64,000 nt of DNA. Source: Azolla caroliniana (taxonomy: Eukaryota; Plantae; Polypodiophyta). The DNA lies in NCBI GenBank assembly GCA_043228905.1, contig JBHGNT010000001.1:26598001-26662000 (forward strand), written 5' to 3'. The notes below the pieces were generated by a model, which was given only the letters and a program-made list of their open reading frames with translations, was not told where the DNA came from and did not search any database. The translations under genes and the position numbers were made by a program. Positions 12,650 to 25,700 of this stretch are shown here, in pieces. Positions within the stretch are counted from its first letter, which is position 1. Each line of letters opens with the position of its first letter.

Positions 12650-13560
12650 CACATTCCCCCCCTAAGAGAAACAAGAGACTAAGGAGCAGGAACAAGAGCA
12701 GTGGCTTATCGAAGGAGGGGGAGCATTTGTTGGAGATAGAGCCCCCCAAGTGGCACTATTCATGTTGGCATGTTTTGAATGGACATCAATGGACGATTCT
12801 GATAGGAGGCGAGGGTTACACCCATAGAGTGCCCGAAAAGGGTTGATCCGTGTCGACATCTGTACAAATGTATTGTAGGCGTGGGTGACGAAAGGCAAGA
12901 TTTGATCCCAGGTTTTGTGGCATGGATCGATGTAAGCGACAATCTCCTTCTTGAGGGTCTTGTTGAGGCATTTGGTGAGGCCATTTGTCGAAGGATGGTA
13001 TGGGGACGTAAACATCTATTGGACACTGAGTTGAGCTGCAACGGCGTTGAGGACATCCCCATGGAATTGTCGGCCCTAATAGTTGGACGGGGCTAGTGAA
13101 GAAAAACGGGCCATTTGTCGAAGGATGGTATGGGGACGTAAACATCTGTTGGACACTAAGTTGAGCTGCAACGGCGTTGAGGACATCCCCATGGAACTGT
13201 CGGCCTTGATAGTTGGACGGGGCTAGTGAAGAAAAACGAGCTAGAAATCGACGGATAAAGATCAATCGCTCATGTGGACTGAGGGCCACCTAGACTTGGC
13301 TGAGGTGGGGGACAAGAGGGCTATCGCATACGAGGTAGCAATTTGCGGATAAAGATCAATCGCTCCTGTGGAGTGAGGGCCACCTGGACTTGGCTGAGGT
13401 GGGGGACAAGAGGGATATCGTGTGGGAGGGGGATCATAGAAACTTGTGAGACAAGAAGTTAGTGGACAACCTAAGGTGAGGGGGAAGAGGTGGATGCTTG
13501 GACGTGGGGGATTAGTACCCCACATCCAACTCCTTGAATAGTTTGGGCGTGAAATGGTGG
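12650..13560 (-). mobile_element. Ty3/gypsy integrase fragment with internal tandem duplications
   Basis: TSPYHPSTNGLTKCLNKTLK..WDQILPFVTHAYNT..PFRALYG. Duplicated blocks of ~131 bp (12979-13240) and ~94 bp (13255-13415); G-rich PPT. Confidence 0.85.
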
Positions 13561-13591
13561 CTTTTTAACAACTCCTTGATTAGTTTGGCTT

Positions 13592-16500
13592 TGTTAAGAA
13601 TTAGGTAATTAAGCAATGGTTAATTAGTACCTAATTATGTGATTAAGTTAACTGGAAGATTAAGTGATATGTGTGTGTATATGTGTGAGAGGAAGTTAAC
13701 ACTATGAACAACACAAGATGGGGGATGATTAACTCTATATTAAATTAGCATCATCAAAAATACAAAAATACAAAAATACCCACAATGAGGTATATATACA
13801 TCTCATGTGCAAAGGTGCACATGTGTGAGTAGAATATAGGTACTAAGGTGTAAGTCCTATATTAAATGTACTTAGGAGTGGAGGATCTAGAATATCCCAC
13901 TTAAGTACAAGGTCCTATTTAAGGCGTAGTCAACACTTCTAACTAGATTCAATCTAGGTAACTACGAAGTTACATGGTTGATTAACTAACTAAACTAAGT
14001 TGAGGTTGATCTCTCAACACACTTGTATGCCTTCTTCTTTGACGAATATCCTACGAGGATACATTTCTCCGACTTCGCGTTGGCTTCTGTCAGTTTTCGT
14101 TCAGGATGCGTACATTCGCAATGCTTCCAACCACTTTGAGGTATGATAGGATCGGCTTCCTTCCGACAAGGAGCTCGTATGGAGTTAGCTCATGCACTCC
14201 ATTAGTGGTGCATCGATTCATGAGATAGACTGTTGTGGATGTCGTGTCGGCCCAATAGAAGTTCGGAATGTGCTTCTCATGCATCATGGTGCATGCTACC
14301 TCGAGTATTTGCCGATTCTTCCTTTCGGCGACTCCATTTTGTTGGGGTGTGTGTTGGCATGAGAATTCACTCCAAATGCCTTCACCTTGGAGTTAGGAGA
14401 TGAATTCGTCGGAGAAGTACTCCTTGCCTCCATTCGATCGTAGGCATCGAATGTGTCGACCGGTTTCTTTTTCGACTTGGCCCTTGAGCTAAATTTGGAA
14501 GTGGGAGAGCACTTTGCTCTTCTTCTTCATCAGAAAGATCCTCGTGTTGCGGGAGTAGGCGTCGATGAAGGTGACGTAGTATCGGCATCTGCCGATCGTC
14601 GGCGTTTGAGCTGGTCCCCATACATCTGAAGTATGACGTCGAGGAGGCCTTTGCTTACGTAGCTCTCCTTCGGAAATGGGAGTCGATGTTGTTTGTGGAG
14701 TTGACACACTTCGCACACTCGGTCGACTCGTTTCGACTCGAATTCCGGAAGTCTGATGACGACTCCCTTTGATTGCATCACTTGAAGCGATTAGAGGTTG
14801 ATGTGGCCGATTCTTTTGTGCAACAACTCAATGCTTGTCTCGGTTTTGTGACCTTTGGCATACATGGTTGATTTCACCTCGTTCGAATCGAGGATGAACA
14901 TTTGGCTGTCTCTCCCTCCCTTAGCTATGAATCGACCATCTTTCTTGATGAAGCATCCTTCGTTGTTGAAACGAACTTGCATGCCTTGCTCCACGATTTG
15001 GCCAACCCAAACCAAATTCCTTGTTATTGTGGGCACGTGCAAGACATTCTTGATGCAAGTTTGCTCGCCTTCTTTCTCGAATGGGACATTGTCGATGTGC
15101 CGAATGGTTTGTGTGGTGTCGTTTCCTGTCTCTATGAAGCCAGGTCGATCCGGCGTTCGTAACTCACGAAACCACTCTTGGTGTGACATCATTTGATGTG
15201 AGGCACTGGAGTCGACGAACCACACGTCTTCTAAGTTGGAAGTGCTCATGAAGTCAGAGACCGACATAGAGTTCGCTCTATGTCTCATTACGAATAGTCC
15301 ACCGTAGTCGTCATATTCGGAGTTGGTGGCGTAGTTTGTGAGTTGTCGGCTTGTCGAAGCTGACTCACTTCTCTTCTTTTGGCACTCCTCTTCGTGGTGG
15401 CCAATTTTGCCGCAATAGTTGCACATAGCGGGCTTCGTTTGCCAACCTTGTTCAGCATAGAAGCTCCCCCTTCTTTCAAAGGTTCCTTGATGGCTTCCGT
15501 CTTGTTGTCAAAGGTTTGAGTTCCCTTCGTGAGATGGGTCGAATCGACCTCTTCTACCACCTCAACCACCATCCGAATTCGTGAAGAACATTTGTCCTTC
15601 TGACTTCTTGCATTGGGTTCGAACATGGTTCTCCTCGACCAATAGCATTGATTGAAGGTCAAAGAACGAAGGAGGGTTTTCCCTCACCAAGATTGCCTTC
15701 CTCAACGAGTCGAATCATTGTGTGAGGCCGCCCAAGCATACTTAAACCATCTCGTCTTCGTTGACATTTATGTTGATGAAGCCAAGCGAGTCGCAAATGC
15801 CCTTGATCTTGGCGGTGTAGTCCGACACAAACATATCTTTTTGTCGAATGTTGTTCAACTCTTGTCGGAGTTGAAGCTTTTGGGTGGACATGTTGGCGAC
15901 GAAAATTTTCTTTAAGTTCACCGACGCTTCTTTAGGCGTCTTGGCGTCTCGAATGTGTTAAGCATGTGGTCGTGGACACATGTAGCTAAGCAATACATTA
16001 CCCTACTCGCTCCTTGGTCCCACATTGGGTAATTGGGGTTTGTGATGTCGGGTTTGTTTTCGAGTGCGTCATTGATGTAGCTCCAATACCCTTGGCGGAC
16101 AAGGTATTGGTTCATCTTGTACTCCCAAGATGAATAATTACTCTGGTCTTGCTTTTCACTAGGCAGCGAGCTACCCATTTGTGTGTTCATGTTAATATAG
16201 TTTCTTCCTTTTTCGATTTTCTTTGGTCATGTACATGTGCTACGTAGTGGCACTGCGGTAGCCGATAGCCAGATTTTGTCGTCAGCGTCTCAAGCACACA
16301 ATCATGGAGTCGGGTGGGCTTAGTGGATTTTCTAAACCACACGCTCTAATACCATGTTAAGAATTAGGTAATTAAGCAATGGTTAATTAGTACCTAATTA
16401 TGTGATTAAGTTAACTGGAAGATTAAGTGATATGTGTGTGTATGTGTGTGAGAGGAAGAGAGAGAGGAAGTTAACACTTATGAACAACGAGACAAGATCA

Positions 16501-16791
16501 GGGATGATTAACTATATTAAAAAGCATCATCAAATACAAAAATACCCACAATGAGGTATATATATACATCTCATGTGCAAAGGTGCACATGTGTGAGTAG
16601 AATATAGGTACAACCGTGTAAGTCCTATATTAAATGAACATGAGAGTGGAGGATCTACAATGTATCCTACTCAACTACAAAATCCTATTTAAGGATTTAA
16701 GGTCAACACACTAACTAGATTCTATCTAGGTAACTACTAAGTTACGCGTGTGACTAACTAACTAAACTAAGTTGAGCTTGATATCTCAACA
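13592..16791 (-). mobile_element. Ty1/copia element with two LTRs (13592-14019, 16355-16791), gag-PR-IN only, RT/RNase H absent
   Basis: Similar LTRs with TG..CA ends. PBS TGGTATTAGAGC (16343-16354), flanks GGCTT/GGGTT, zinc knuckle CNYCGKIGHHEEEC, protease WFVDSSAS, GAG-pre-integrase LHKRIGH, and an integrase ending KCILVGY. Many frameshifts. Confidence 0.92.
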
Positions 16792-17870
16792 GGGTTAAAA
16801 GGTCTCACATTTAGGTTTGAAATTGTTGGAGCTTGAGACTCCCGAACCAAATTGTTGCCAACTACTACTCTGTATGGTTTATGAAGGCACAATTGAATAG
16901 TGTTTAAATAATTCATCTAATTAACCTAGAGTTAATAGTAACTTCAATAAATTTGAGGAAAAGTTATTTCAAAGTTGTAGTAACAATAAATAGTACAATG
17001 TTTGGGTTGTTCATTCTCATAAGGTCTTATATTTCTAGTATAAATAGCAGATATATCCCAATTATGGGACCACCCATTATACAATTTTTTTCCTAGATTT
17101 TTGAGTCAACCACGTGGTAATTTAGTGAATTGATGTAGTATTTTTCTCCAATGGCAAATGTGCTATAAATCAACAAAGCCAAAGTAATAAAATTGTGCTC
17201 AAGTCTCAATTGTACTATTAAATATAAATAAGTTACAATGACATATTTTAACTTAGATATGAAATCGGATGTAAATGGTGTACCTGAATATCAGATTCGA
17301 TAATGGTTGTACAATTGAAATTATCGTCTACATATTCCAGTAGATCGATACGGACGATAAGGGTAATATTGTTGTATAGGACATACTAAGCATTATTCTC
17401 ATCCCCTCTACCCCTTGAATGCTTTAGAAGTCTACTTGGGATAGCGGTGTGAACTTTTACGTTCTACTGACACATGTACACAAACCATTTATACACCATT
17501 TAAACATTTTGCTGAAGCTTCAAAACCTCTACTCCTAGTGAACCATAAGAGCTTTCATCTTTGATCCAAAACAATGAAAGCTTTGAACTTTCACATTTTT
17601 GCCTTATGATTGACATGATACCTTTACAATCCATCATTTCATAAAAAAAGTGGAAGTTCTAGAACGTTTGAAAGTTTGTTCCCTCACACAACTTTGATTC
17701 AAACTCACATAATTTATTTGGATAGAGTTAAATCTTTTGAATTTTGCTAATCTAGCTCATGAATTAATAAAGATCACTATCGATTGACCAAAGATATAAG
17801 ACTATAAGGCCTATTTATTTTGATCGACAATTATTGACACCTCTCTCTATCTCTATCTCTCTCTCTCTCT

Positions 17871-17940
17871 TTTTATCGCAAGTACCTTACCCTAGTGGTA
17901 AGTTATTACACCACTGTGTCTTGGGTTCAAAACCCAATTA
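17871..17940 (-). mobile_element. Bipartite tRNA-like repeat, copy 2 (second module only), inside (CT)n
   Basis: TTTTATCGCAAGTACCTTACCCTAGTGGTAAG...GGGTTCAAAACCCAATT matches one half of the other copies, with (CT)n on both sides. Confidence 0.75.
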
Positions 17941-17954
17941 TCTCTCTCTCTCCC

Positions 17955-19330
17955 CGTAAATAATGGCTTTCATTATGAAAGAAAACAAAACCACAATGAC
18001 TTAACTTACTACAAAGTATAGAACCCTTCTAGGGAGCTAAATACTACCACAACTACAAACTCAATGCTACCCGACACACCAATTCAAGTTGTGACCTTAC
18101 AGAGTTCTCTCTCTTCATGGTTGAGATTTCATGACTTCTCTAGCATTGTCAATTGCCACAAAAGAAGTCCTTTTAACTTTATAACATATTTTCCCACTCC
18201 AACTTGTGAATCAAAAGTGAAGGCATTCCGCATATTCCAATTGAACCATAGCCCCCAATACCTCAAGAACTCAAAAATAATTTGGAAATGAAGCATCGGT
18301 TCATTGTTCTCCATATGTGCAAAAACCCAACTAAATGAAGATAGGCTCACTCCATTTAGAGGCATCCACACCAAATTGATACACATCCAAACCATCCTAG
18401 CCATCGGCCATGAAAGAAATTGATGCCTTTTATGTTCCAATTCCACCGAACGAAAGAAACACATTCCTCAAGCAATGTTTCTTTTTTATAATGCATCACC
18501 CAATGTCAAAGCTCCAAACATAACTCTCCAAATGAATACCTTAGTTCATAACATTAATCAAGAACACCAACATACCTTGATCACATGAAGCCACCAAGTA
18601 ATGGGCTTATGAAAACCCCATATCTTTATAACCCTTTCTTTCATCCATTGATGTTTGTCAATCAACTTGTGATAAGCATCGTTTGTTGATATCGTAGTCA
18701 ATCTCCTATTTCCAACAATCGTCCAATCAAGCTCTTGAGATCCCCCGTCTAAATCAGGAATTGACTCGTACGAAGAAAGTAATTATTGCAACTTATCCCA
18801 AATAAAGGTATAACCTTTTGGAATATGAAATGTTGATCTTGTTCGAAAGGCCATTAATCTTCTTTGTGACACCAACATAGCATTATTGATTGTTCCGAAC
18901 CCAATCTAACCATCCAATTAAATTGAAGGTTAAGAAGTTGTTTACCTTCCCACCTCAACAACCTTGATGTCGTCAAAACCTCAATGTGTAATGAATTAGC
19001 ACATCCCCTTTCTTGTGGAGGATGCCATTACACAAAATCGAAAATACTTTACCAAGATGTCAACAAATGTTTAACTATTAGAGAGCTTGCACGTTTGACA
19101 TACATTTTAGAATTATTGACATTCCATCAATTAGCTTCAACCATTATGTTTCCAAGTTTGGTTCTCATCAACCATCATGTCTTTTCTATAAAGTATGCGA
19201 CCGTTTTATCCAAGGTTGTACACCCTCAAACATTGAAAGAAAGTAAATCGATGAGCCACCATATGCTCATATAAAATTAATATCAATGCCCCCCCTCTTT
19301 CTCTCTCATAGGTCATATTTCACCTCAAAA
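17955..19330 (-). mobile_element. LINE (L1/Tx1-like) ORF2 3' part with zf-RVT, decayed
   Basis: Minus-strand KVFIWRVMFGALTLGDAL...MCFF.SVELEHKRHQFLSWPMARMVW...YWGLWFNWNMRNAFTF matches the zf-RVT region and the downstream W..W..RN...F motif. Confidence 0.75.
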
Positions 19331-19351
19331 GATGATAATAGAATCTCTCTC

Positions 19352-19512
19352 TTTTATCGTAATTAGCTTCCCCTAGTGATAAGTTGTTACACTACTCTTT
19401 TACTCCATATAGATATATCTTAATTTACTAGATGCCACTGTGGAATGTAAGGGTTGAACCCATGACCTCCTGGTCTCCATTGGGCAACCTTACCAACTAA
19501 GCGACATCCATC
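19352..19512 (-). mobile_element. Bipartite tRNA-like repeat, copy 3 (internal deletion)
   Basis: GGTTGAACCCATGACCTCCTGGTCTCCATTGGGCAACCTTACCAACT matches the other copies; preceded by (CT)n. Confidence 0.85.
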
Positions 19513-19678
19513 AAGACCGAATGATTATGCTAGCACACTTCAACTCTTGGTTGATATTCTTCTTTTAGTTCAACTAACACCCAATGTGCTCATTGTTGTA
19601 CTCATGATAATCCATAATTTAGCTTTCAAATAACACATCTTGAAAAGTTTTCAAACACACACACACTCTCTCTCTCTT
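19513..19678. repeat. Dispersed ~165-bp repeat ending in (CA)n(CT)n; paralog at 53500-53693
   Basis: CTTCAACTCTTGGTTGATATTCTTCTTTTAGTTCAACTAA...TTCAAATAACACATCTTGAAAAGTTTTCAAAC occurs at both loci. Confidence 0.9.
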
Positions 19679-21977
19679 GTAAATAAAGTTATATTACCTA
19701 TGTAAAAGGGAAATAATTGTTAATAACTTTAAGAATGACAACCTTGGAATCTCAACTGAGATTTTATGAACTTTATAAATTGTGAAGCCATGTGATGAAA
19801 AGGCCAATGAAAAAGGTGATTTATGATGCCTTACAAACTGACATATTTGGATCTCCTCAAGCATTGACACCTTTCCAATAACAAGAATTGCCAAACTACC
19901 TTTCAATTGCCTAAAATGTCCAAATTGGGCCTCAAATATGAAGACATTACACCAAAAACGTTATAACCACTAGGATCCCAAAAACTCAAAAACTATTCGA
20001 AAGTGTGAATGAGGGAAACCTAAATCAGATCCATTGGAATGGGGTACTATAGAAATACATACATGCCCAAAAAGACCTTGACATCAACCCATCTCTACCA
20101 CACATTGCCAGTGTATTATGGGCTTCATAAATCTCGTTTCTCTTGTAACCCTCTCTATCAACCACTCATGCATGCACATTAACTCATTATAAACATTGTT
20201 TGTTTTCATAGATAAGATGCCCATTTCCTACATATCTCCAATATGTCTTAGATGAAAACACAAGGAAATATGGAATCGGCCATCACAAAAGTGGGTAACC
20301 CATGTTTATATATTCTATAAAAGTAATATATATATATATATATATAAACAACCCAATAATATAAAAAATCCTCGGTGTCCCTACCATAATAGTGTGGTTT
20401 TTATGGCATGTTAATTACAATAAGCTGTTGTAAAACTACTTAAATTAAAGTTTCTAGAAGGACAAGGTGCCCATTATGCTAGTTGTGAAAACTCCTTAAT
20501 CAAAATTTTACTTTGAACATTCTTACCTATTGTAGTACTACATGAAGACCACAAAGGAAAAGCCTATTTTCTTATTCTCCAATTAAACCATAGACCTCAC
20601 TACATAACTAAGGCATAAAATACAACATTATATGATGGGAGGGAAATCACTAGTTCCTGAATCCTTAGTGAAAACCAACTAAAACGCGATAAAAAAGTCC
20701 TTGTTAAGAATGACCAAATTTATAAAGAACAACCCAAAAGACTTTAGCATTTGAGCATATAAAATATCTATGCTTCAAACCCTCCTTGATCATTGGACAA
20801 CAAAAATAACATATTTACACTATACATTAGTTCTCCTAGATGGTATTTCACATTGAGTATTGCAATAATGACTTATGGTCTCCAAAAAGTAAAGACACGA
20901 CCATCTCGGCAATGTTGTTATTAGCTCTCTTTGTCTCAATATTAAAGCCCTAAATTTCTAGTGAGTACTAATGGCATGGTTCCACTCAACACAAAAGAGC
21001 CCCAATCAATAATTGATTAGTGAGAATAGATAATTGAATCACTTATCTCCTTATATCTCAAATCCTAAAACCCCAAATTTTTAGCGTGGTGATGTTAAAT
21101 GCATGGTGTTTGTCAACGAGAATGTTATAATCACAACCTTGAGAACCAATTCAATAGTTAATTTGAATAGGTTAATGGTAGGATATTTGGGAAACTAGTT
21201 GCCCTGGGAACAAGCGGTGATTTGGGAGCTTTACATATTGGGCTATGTAAAGAGGACTAGCTACCTCCTGCATTACGTCAACTTGAGACGTTGTCAAGAT
21301 TTGTTGGTAAGGCGAAGCTTCCTTATATGGACCCATTATTCAACACCCAAGGTAAAACATAACATCATATTGATGTTAATACAATGACTAAATTTAAGTG
21401 ATCATGACATGTGTCCATTATGGGTTTGTCCCAAACCCTAAGATAAATTGTTTCCGACTATCCTCTCCCCTAACCCGTTAAAATTAGTTATAGAATTGGT
21501 TCGTAAGCTTAGTCCTACAACAACAATGACCCAAACAAAGTGACATTGACGATGGCCTAAATGAACAACAAATGGGGAGAAAAAAAAAATCGAGCCAAAC
21601 AAGAGGCCAAATCTTGCTCCAGAGAGGAGTAAGAAGCTGACATACATCCCATGATTCTTCACACTCCATCCATTTTCAGGTTTTAGAGAGAGAGAGACAT
21701 AGAGAGACAAAGACAGAGCAATTGGGGGGTCCTACGGCTATTGACTACATGCATTATAGAAAACACCCATAAGATAAAAGTACATGCTACTCTAGATATT
21801 TTGTGTCAGGGTTTTGTACCCTTTTTTCCTTTTTACCGTGTGGAAAGATGAAAGAGACATGTTACCTTTCCGGTGTCCGAGAGAAAGAAAGAAAGAAAGA
21901 TATATTAATGTCTTCTAAGACCAAAATTGGCCCACGAGACAATTGGTTTACAACAAAAGATGGGGTATTTACCCATT

Positions 21978-21981
<4 letters not shown>

Positions 21982-22038
<57 letters not shown>

Positions 22039-22325
22039 ATATTGGAATTTCCCGACTTTTTGTTTATATTAGCCCGATGGAAGAAAAGAGACCCAATGAA
22101 ATGACCGGTGTCCGAGTGCCCGAAGCACTTTGGCCAGGCAGTCCAATCCATCCCCAACATGTATGTATGTTATGTATGTATGTATGTATGTATGTATGTA
22201 TGCATGTATGTATGTATATATGTATGTTTGCATGTATGTATGTATGTATGTATGTATGTATGTATGTATGTATGTATGTATGTATGTATTGTATTGTATT
22301 TTTGTTTGTTTGTTTGTTTGTTGTA
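21982..22325. repeat. Microsatellites (GA)n, (TATG)n and (TTTG)n upstream of the kinase
   Basis: Directly visible simple repeats. Confidence 0.95.
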
Positions 22326-22756
22326 AGCTAAGGAAAATGATTCCCGAGTAAAATTAGACCTTGTCATATGAATGATGAGATGCAGAGATAGGAAAAGGAG
22401 AAAAGTCTTCTTAGGGTTCATCAATCTCCATATCCCATTCTCTGTGTCTATCACTAATTAAACCTGGAAAACCTCGCTTCTAATCTCTGTATATCTTCCT
22501 TTTGCATCTTTGTAGGGCATTTCTTCACTACTCAATCCATTTTTTGGTATCTGTCACTTCCCCTGTTTCAAATTACACAACCAAATCTGTTTTCTTCTTC
22601 TACTACTACTTTTCAACAAGGTCAGACACCGCCATCCTCATTGCTTTCTTTAAAATCTGTGCACTTATTAGTGTTGGATTTTATCTCTTTACCCCTGATT
22701 TGGTGCTCTTTTGTTACGGTCATTTAAACAGATAGATAGATAGATAGATAGAGTCA

Positions 22757-25700
22757 ATGGGCAAACATGTGAAAAATAGTGGAGGGGGATGTTTTTCTTG
22801 TCTTGATGGTTCCCCTGGAAGATCGTGGAAGCTTTCTTGCAAAGTGGAGAACCTGAAGTTTTCGCAACAGAAAACAGGATCATCTATACCCAAGAAAGGC
22901 CATTCAGGTACACATGTATACATATCTGTACTTCTCTACGAGGGTCTATATCTATCCATGCAATCGTGTGTAAGTACTTGTCTAATGTGTCAAAAGTGTG
23001 TGTCTATGATGTATGTATAAATCCTGGCGTAGTTGAGTAATTGTTGATTTCATTGGACAAAAGAAGCCAGATAAGCATGTGGCTGGGTGGAAAGTTATAT
23101 CTTTGGTGTAATTGTCTCTATTAATGTATGATTGGTAGCACACTGATACGTAAATCTTGTTATAATGGGTAGGGTATAGATCTAGGCTAAAGGGGAAGGA
23201 ACGCCTTGAAATGACCTTATTAGGAATCAAGAATAAGGCCAGAGCTAAGGTAAATGGGACTCTACCTAGCCCATGTTATTGATTTCTAATTAGGGTTACG
23301 TGTGTGCACATAACGCATAACATAAATAAACCTCATTTATCTATTAAAAGATCAGCTTGCTGACAATCTATATAATAAGAATAGGAATAAAGAAATTGTG
23401 TTGATCTCTAGCCTGGTATGAATCCTAATGAAATTTATACAGCGTTAACCAGATTCATTTTCCATTAAAGTGATGAGCTAGATGATCCTCTGAAAGGTTA
23501 CATTATTCTTTAGCTACAGACATTGGATATGTATGAATTATCTTGCAAACCTGTGAGTATCAGCTGTGTTTAATCCCTGCTATTAAGAAGTATCATTCTT
23601 TTACAGTGTATAGTGTTAGCTACATTAGTTTTGATTCATATGAAAGTTTCAGTAGTAGCATGGATTTTGATCCATATTTCTATGTGTATGTTTTGCGTCT
23701 GATGCTTCTAATATGATATAAAATTATTTCCTATGGGTGCAATGAAAGATGTGTACTTCGAGAAGTGCAAAGTGCAAATTTTTCTATGCACAGGTCAAAT
23801 TGGCATTGAGACATGTGTTTTCATGCCCCTGATGGATTGAGATGAACTCGTGCAGACTTCTCCATTTCCAGTGGTTCTAATATGACGTTGGATTCCTTTT
23901 TAGGGATGTAATTTAGTGAAGTTTGATGTTCGATGTTCCATTTCATAGAGTTATCCATGTTGATTTTCATCCATATGCTACTCATATATTCATATGAAAC
24001 TTTTAGTTTCTTCCACCTTGTTATAGTCTTATATTGTTAATTCATAGAATTCTATATATATGAAGCTAAACTGCTCCTTTGCCTTTGTTATCATCTCAAC
24101 TCTCATGTTATCAAATCATATAATTATATTTTCATCAAAGTTTTAATATATTTATGTTAAAGTCATTAGCTAATTTGTTACATTTTTATGGTCAAAGGGA
24201 CAGAACATTTGAATGATGGTGATGGAAAACACATTTCTGCTAAAACATTTACACTGAAGGAGCTTGCAGTGGCGACGAAGAACTTTAATGCAGGGTACTT
24301 TCTAGGGGAAGGTGGCTTTGGACGAGTGTATAAAGGCAAGCTTGAAAGCTCAGGCCAGGTTGGTTTTGTTAAGTTTTTTGAGGATTTCGATAACGTGACC
24401 GTGTAATTAAAGTTAATCTTGATGAACCAATAATCAAATAGAAGGCTTTGTGATTAACTCTCCAATGTCAATAAGAGACGAGGTAGCCCTTCCATTACCA
24501 TCAATTATGAAGTTTTGTGTGGATTTTGACAACTTGATTGTGTAATTAATTAAGTTAATCTTGATAAACCAATAAACAAATAGAAGGCATAGTGATTAGC
24601 TTTCCAATGTTCAATAACAGACTTGATAGCCCCACATATACGCATAAATTTTAGGCCAGATCACAGCTATTGAGACTAAAGCATGGATAAATAGGTTTGT
24701 CTGTGTACAAATGTGTCACATCTCTTAACCTTATTATAATCTCTAAAGTCTGGACTATGGTACCTAGCCCTTCATGCATTCCTAAACCCCTTCCACTAGG
24801 CCTATCCAGGTTGAGGATGGATATATCTATGCACATGCAAATGGGCCCATCTCTTCTGCTTTATTTTGGCATCCAGACTATGGCTATCCAAAGACATACA
24901 CATGACAAGGGTCCTCTCTGCTGTCTTATTTGAGATCTTAGCTATTCGTATTATGCATGGAGTTATGTGTGACATGTGTGCACATAACACTGAATTTTCT
25001 ACATTGGATTTCTTGCTTTTATATTATCATTGCTAGTATGCAGTATCATGTATGCGACTTGATATTTACTTTTTTCTTTTGCAGATTGTGGCTGTAAAGA
25101 TACTTGACACAAATGGCCCACAAGGTAACAGAGAATTTCTTGTGGAGGTATTGATTCTCAGTTTGCTTCATGACCCAAACCTTGTCAATCTCATTGGATA
25201 CTGTGCCGATGGAGATCAACGACTCTTGGTCTACGAGTTCATGCCTAATGGATCATTAGAAGATCACCTTTTTGGTATGAATCAAAAAAGTCAGAAAACC
25301 CACAATTTTGAATCAAGGGTCCAAAAAGAATTAAAAGAAAATGAAAAACATTGAATCAATGGTCAACAAGAAAAATTGTCCCTTTTTGGGTTTGCAACTT
25401 GCAGGATTTGTAAACTAGTCGTCAAATTTTGAAACAAAGGGTATATATGTATATATGTATGTATCCCCAATTCTGAGATGTTTTAGAATAAAGACCCTTG
25501 AAAAGTAGTAAGATTCCTGTGAATTTAAAACATTTTGACATATGCAGATGAAGATTGTTATGTTTATGTGAAAATGTGTTTTTCAAATACTAATTGGATA
25601 GAATCATTTTCATTATGTTTGTCGACAGTTATTTGGTTTGGATATGCCATGTTCTAAGATCTGCTTTTCTTTTACAGACCTTTCTCCTGAGACACCAGTG

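Noticed and set aside
22077-22454. MYVC/HTYI-repeat ORFs here and at 62988-63541
   Set aside because: These are translations of (TATG)n/(ATAC)n microsatellites.
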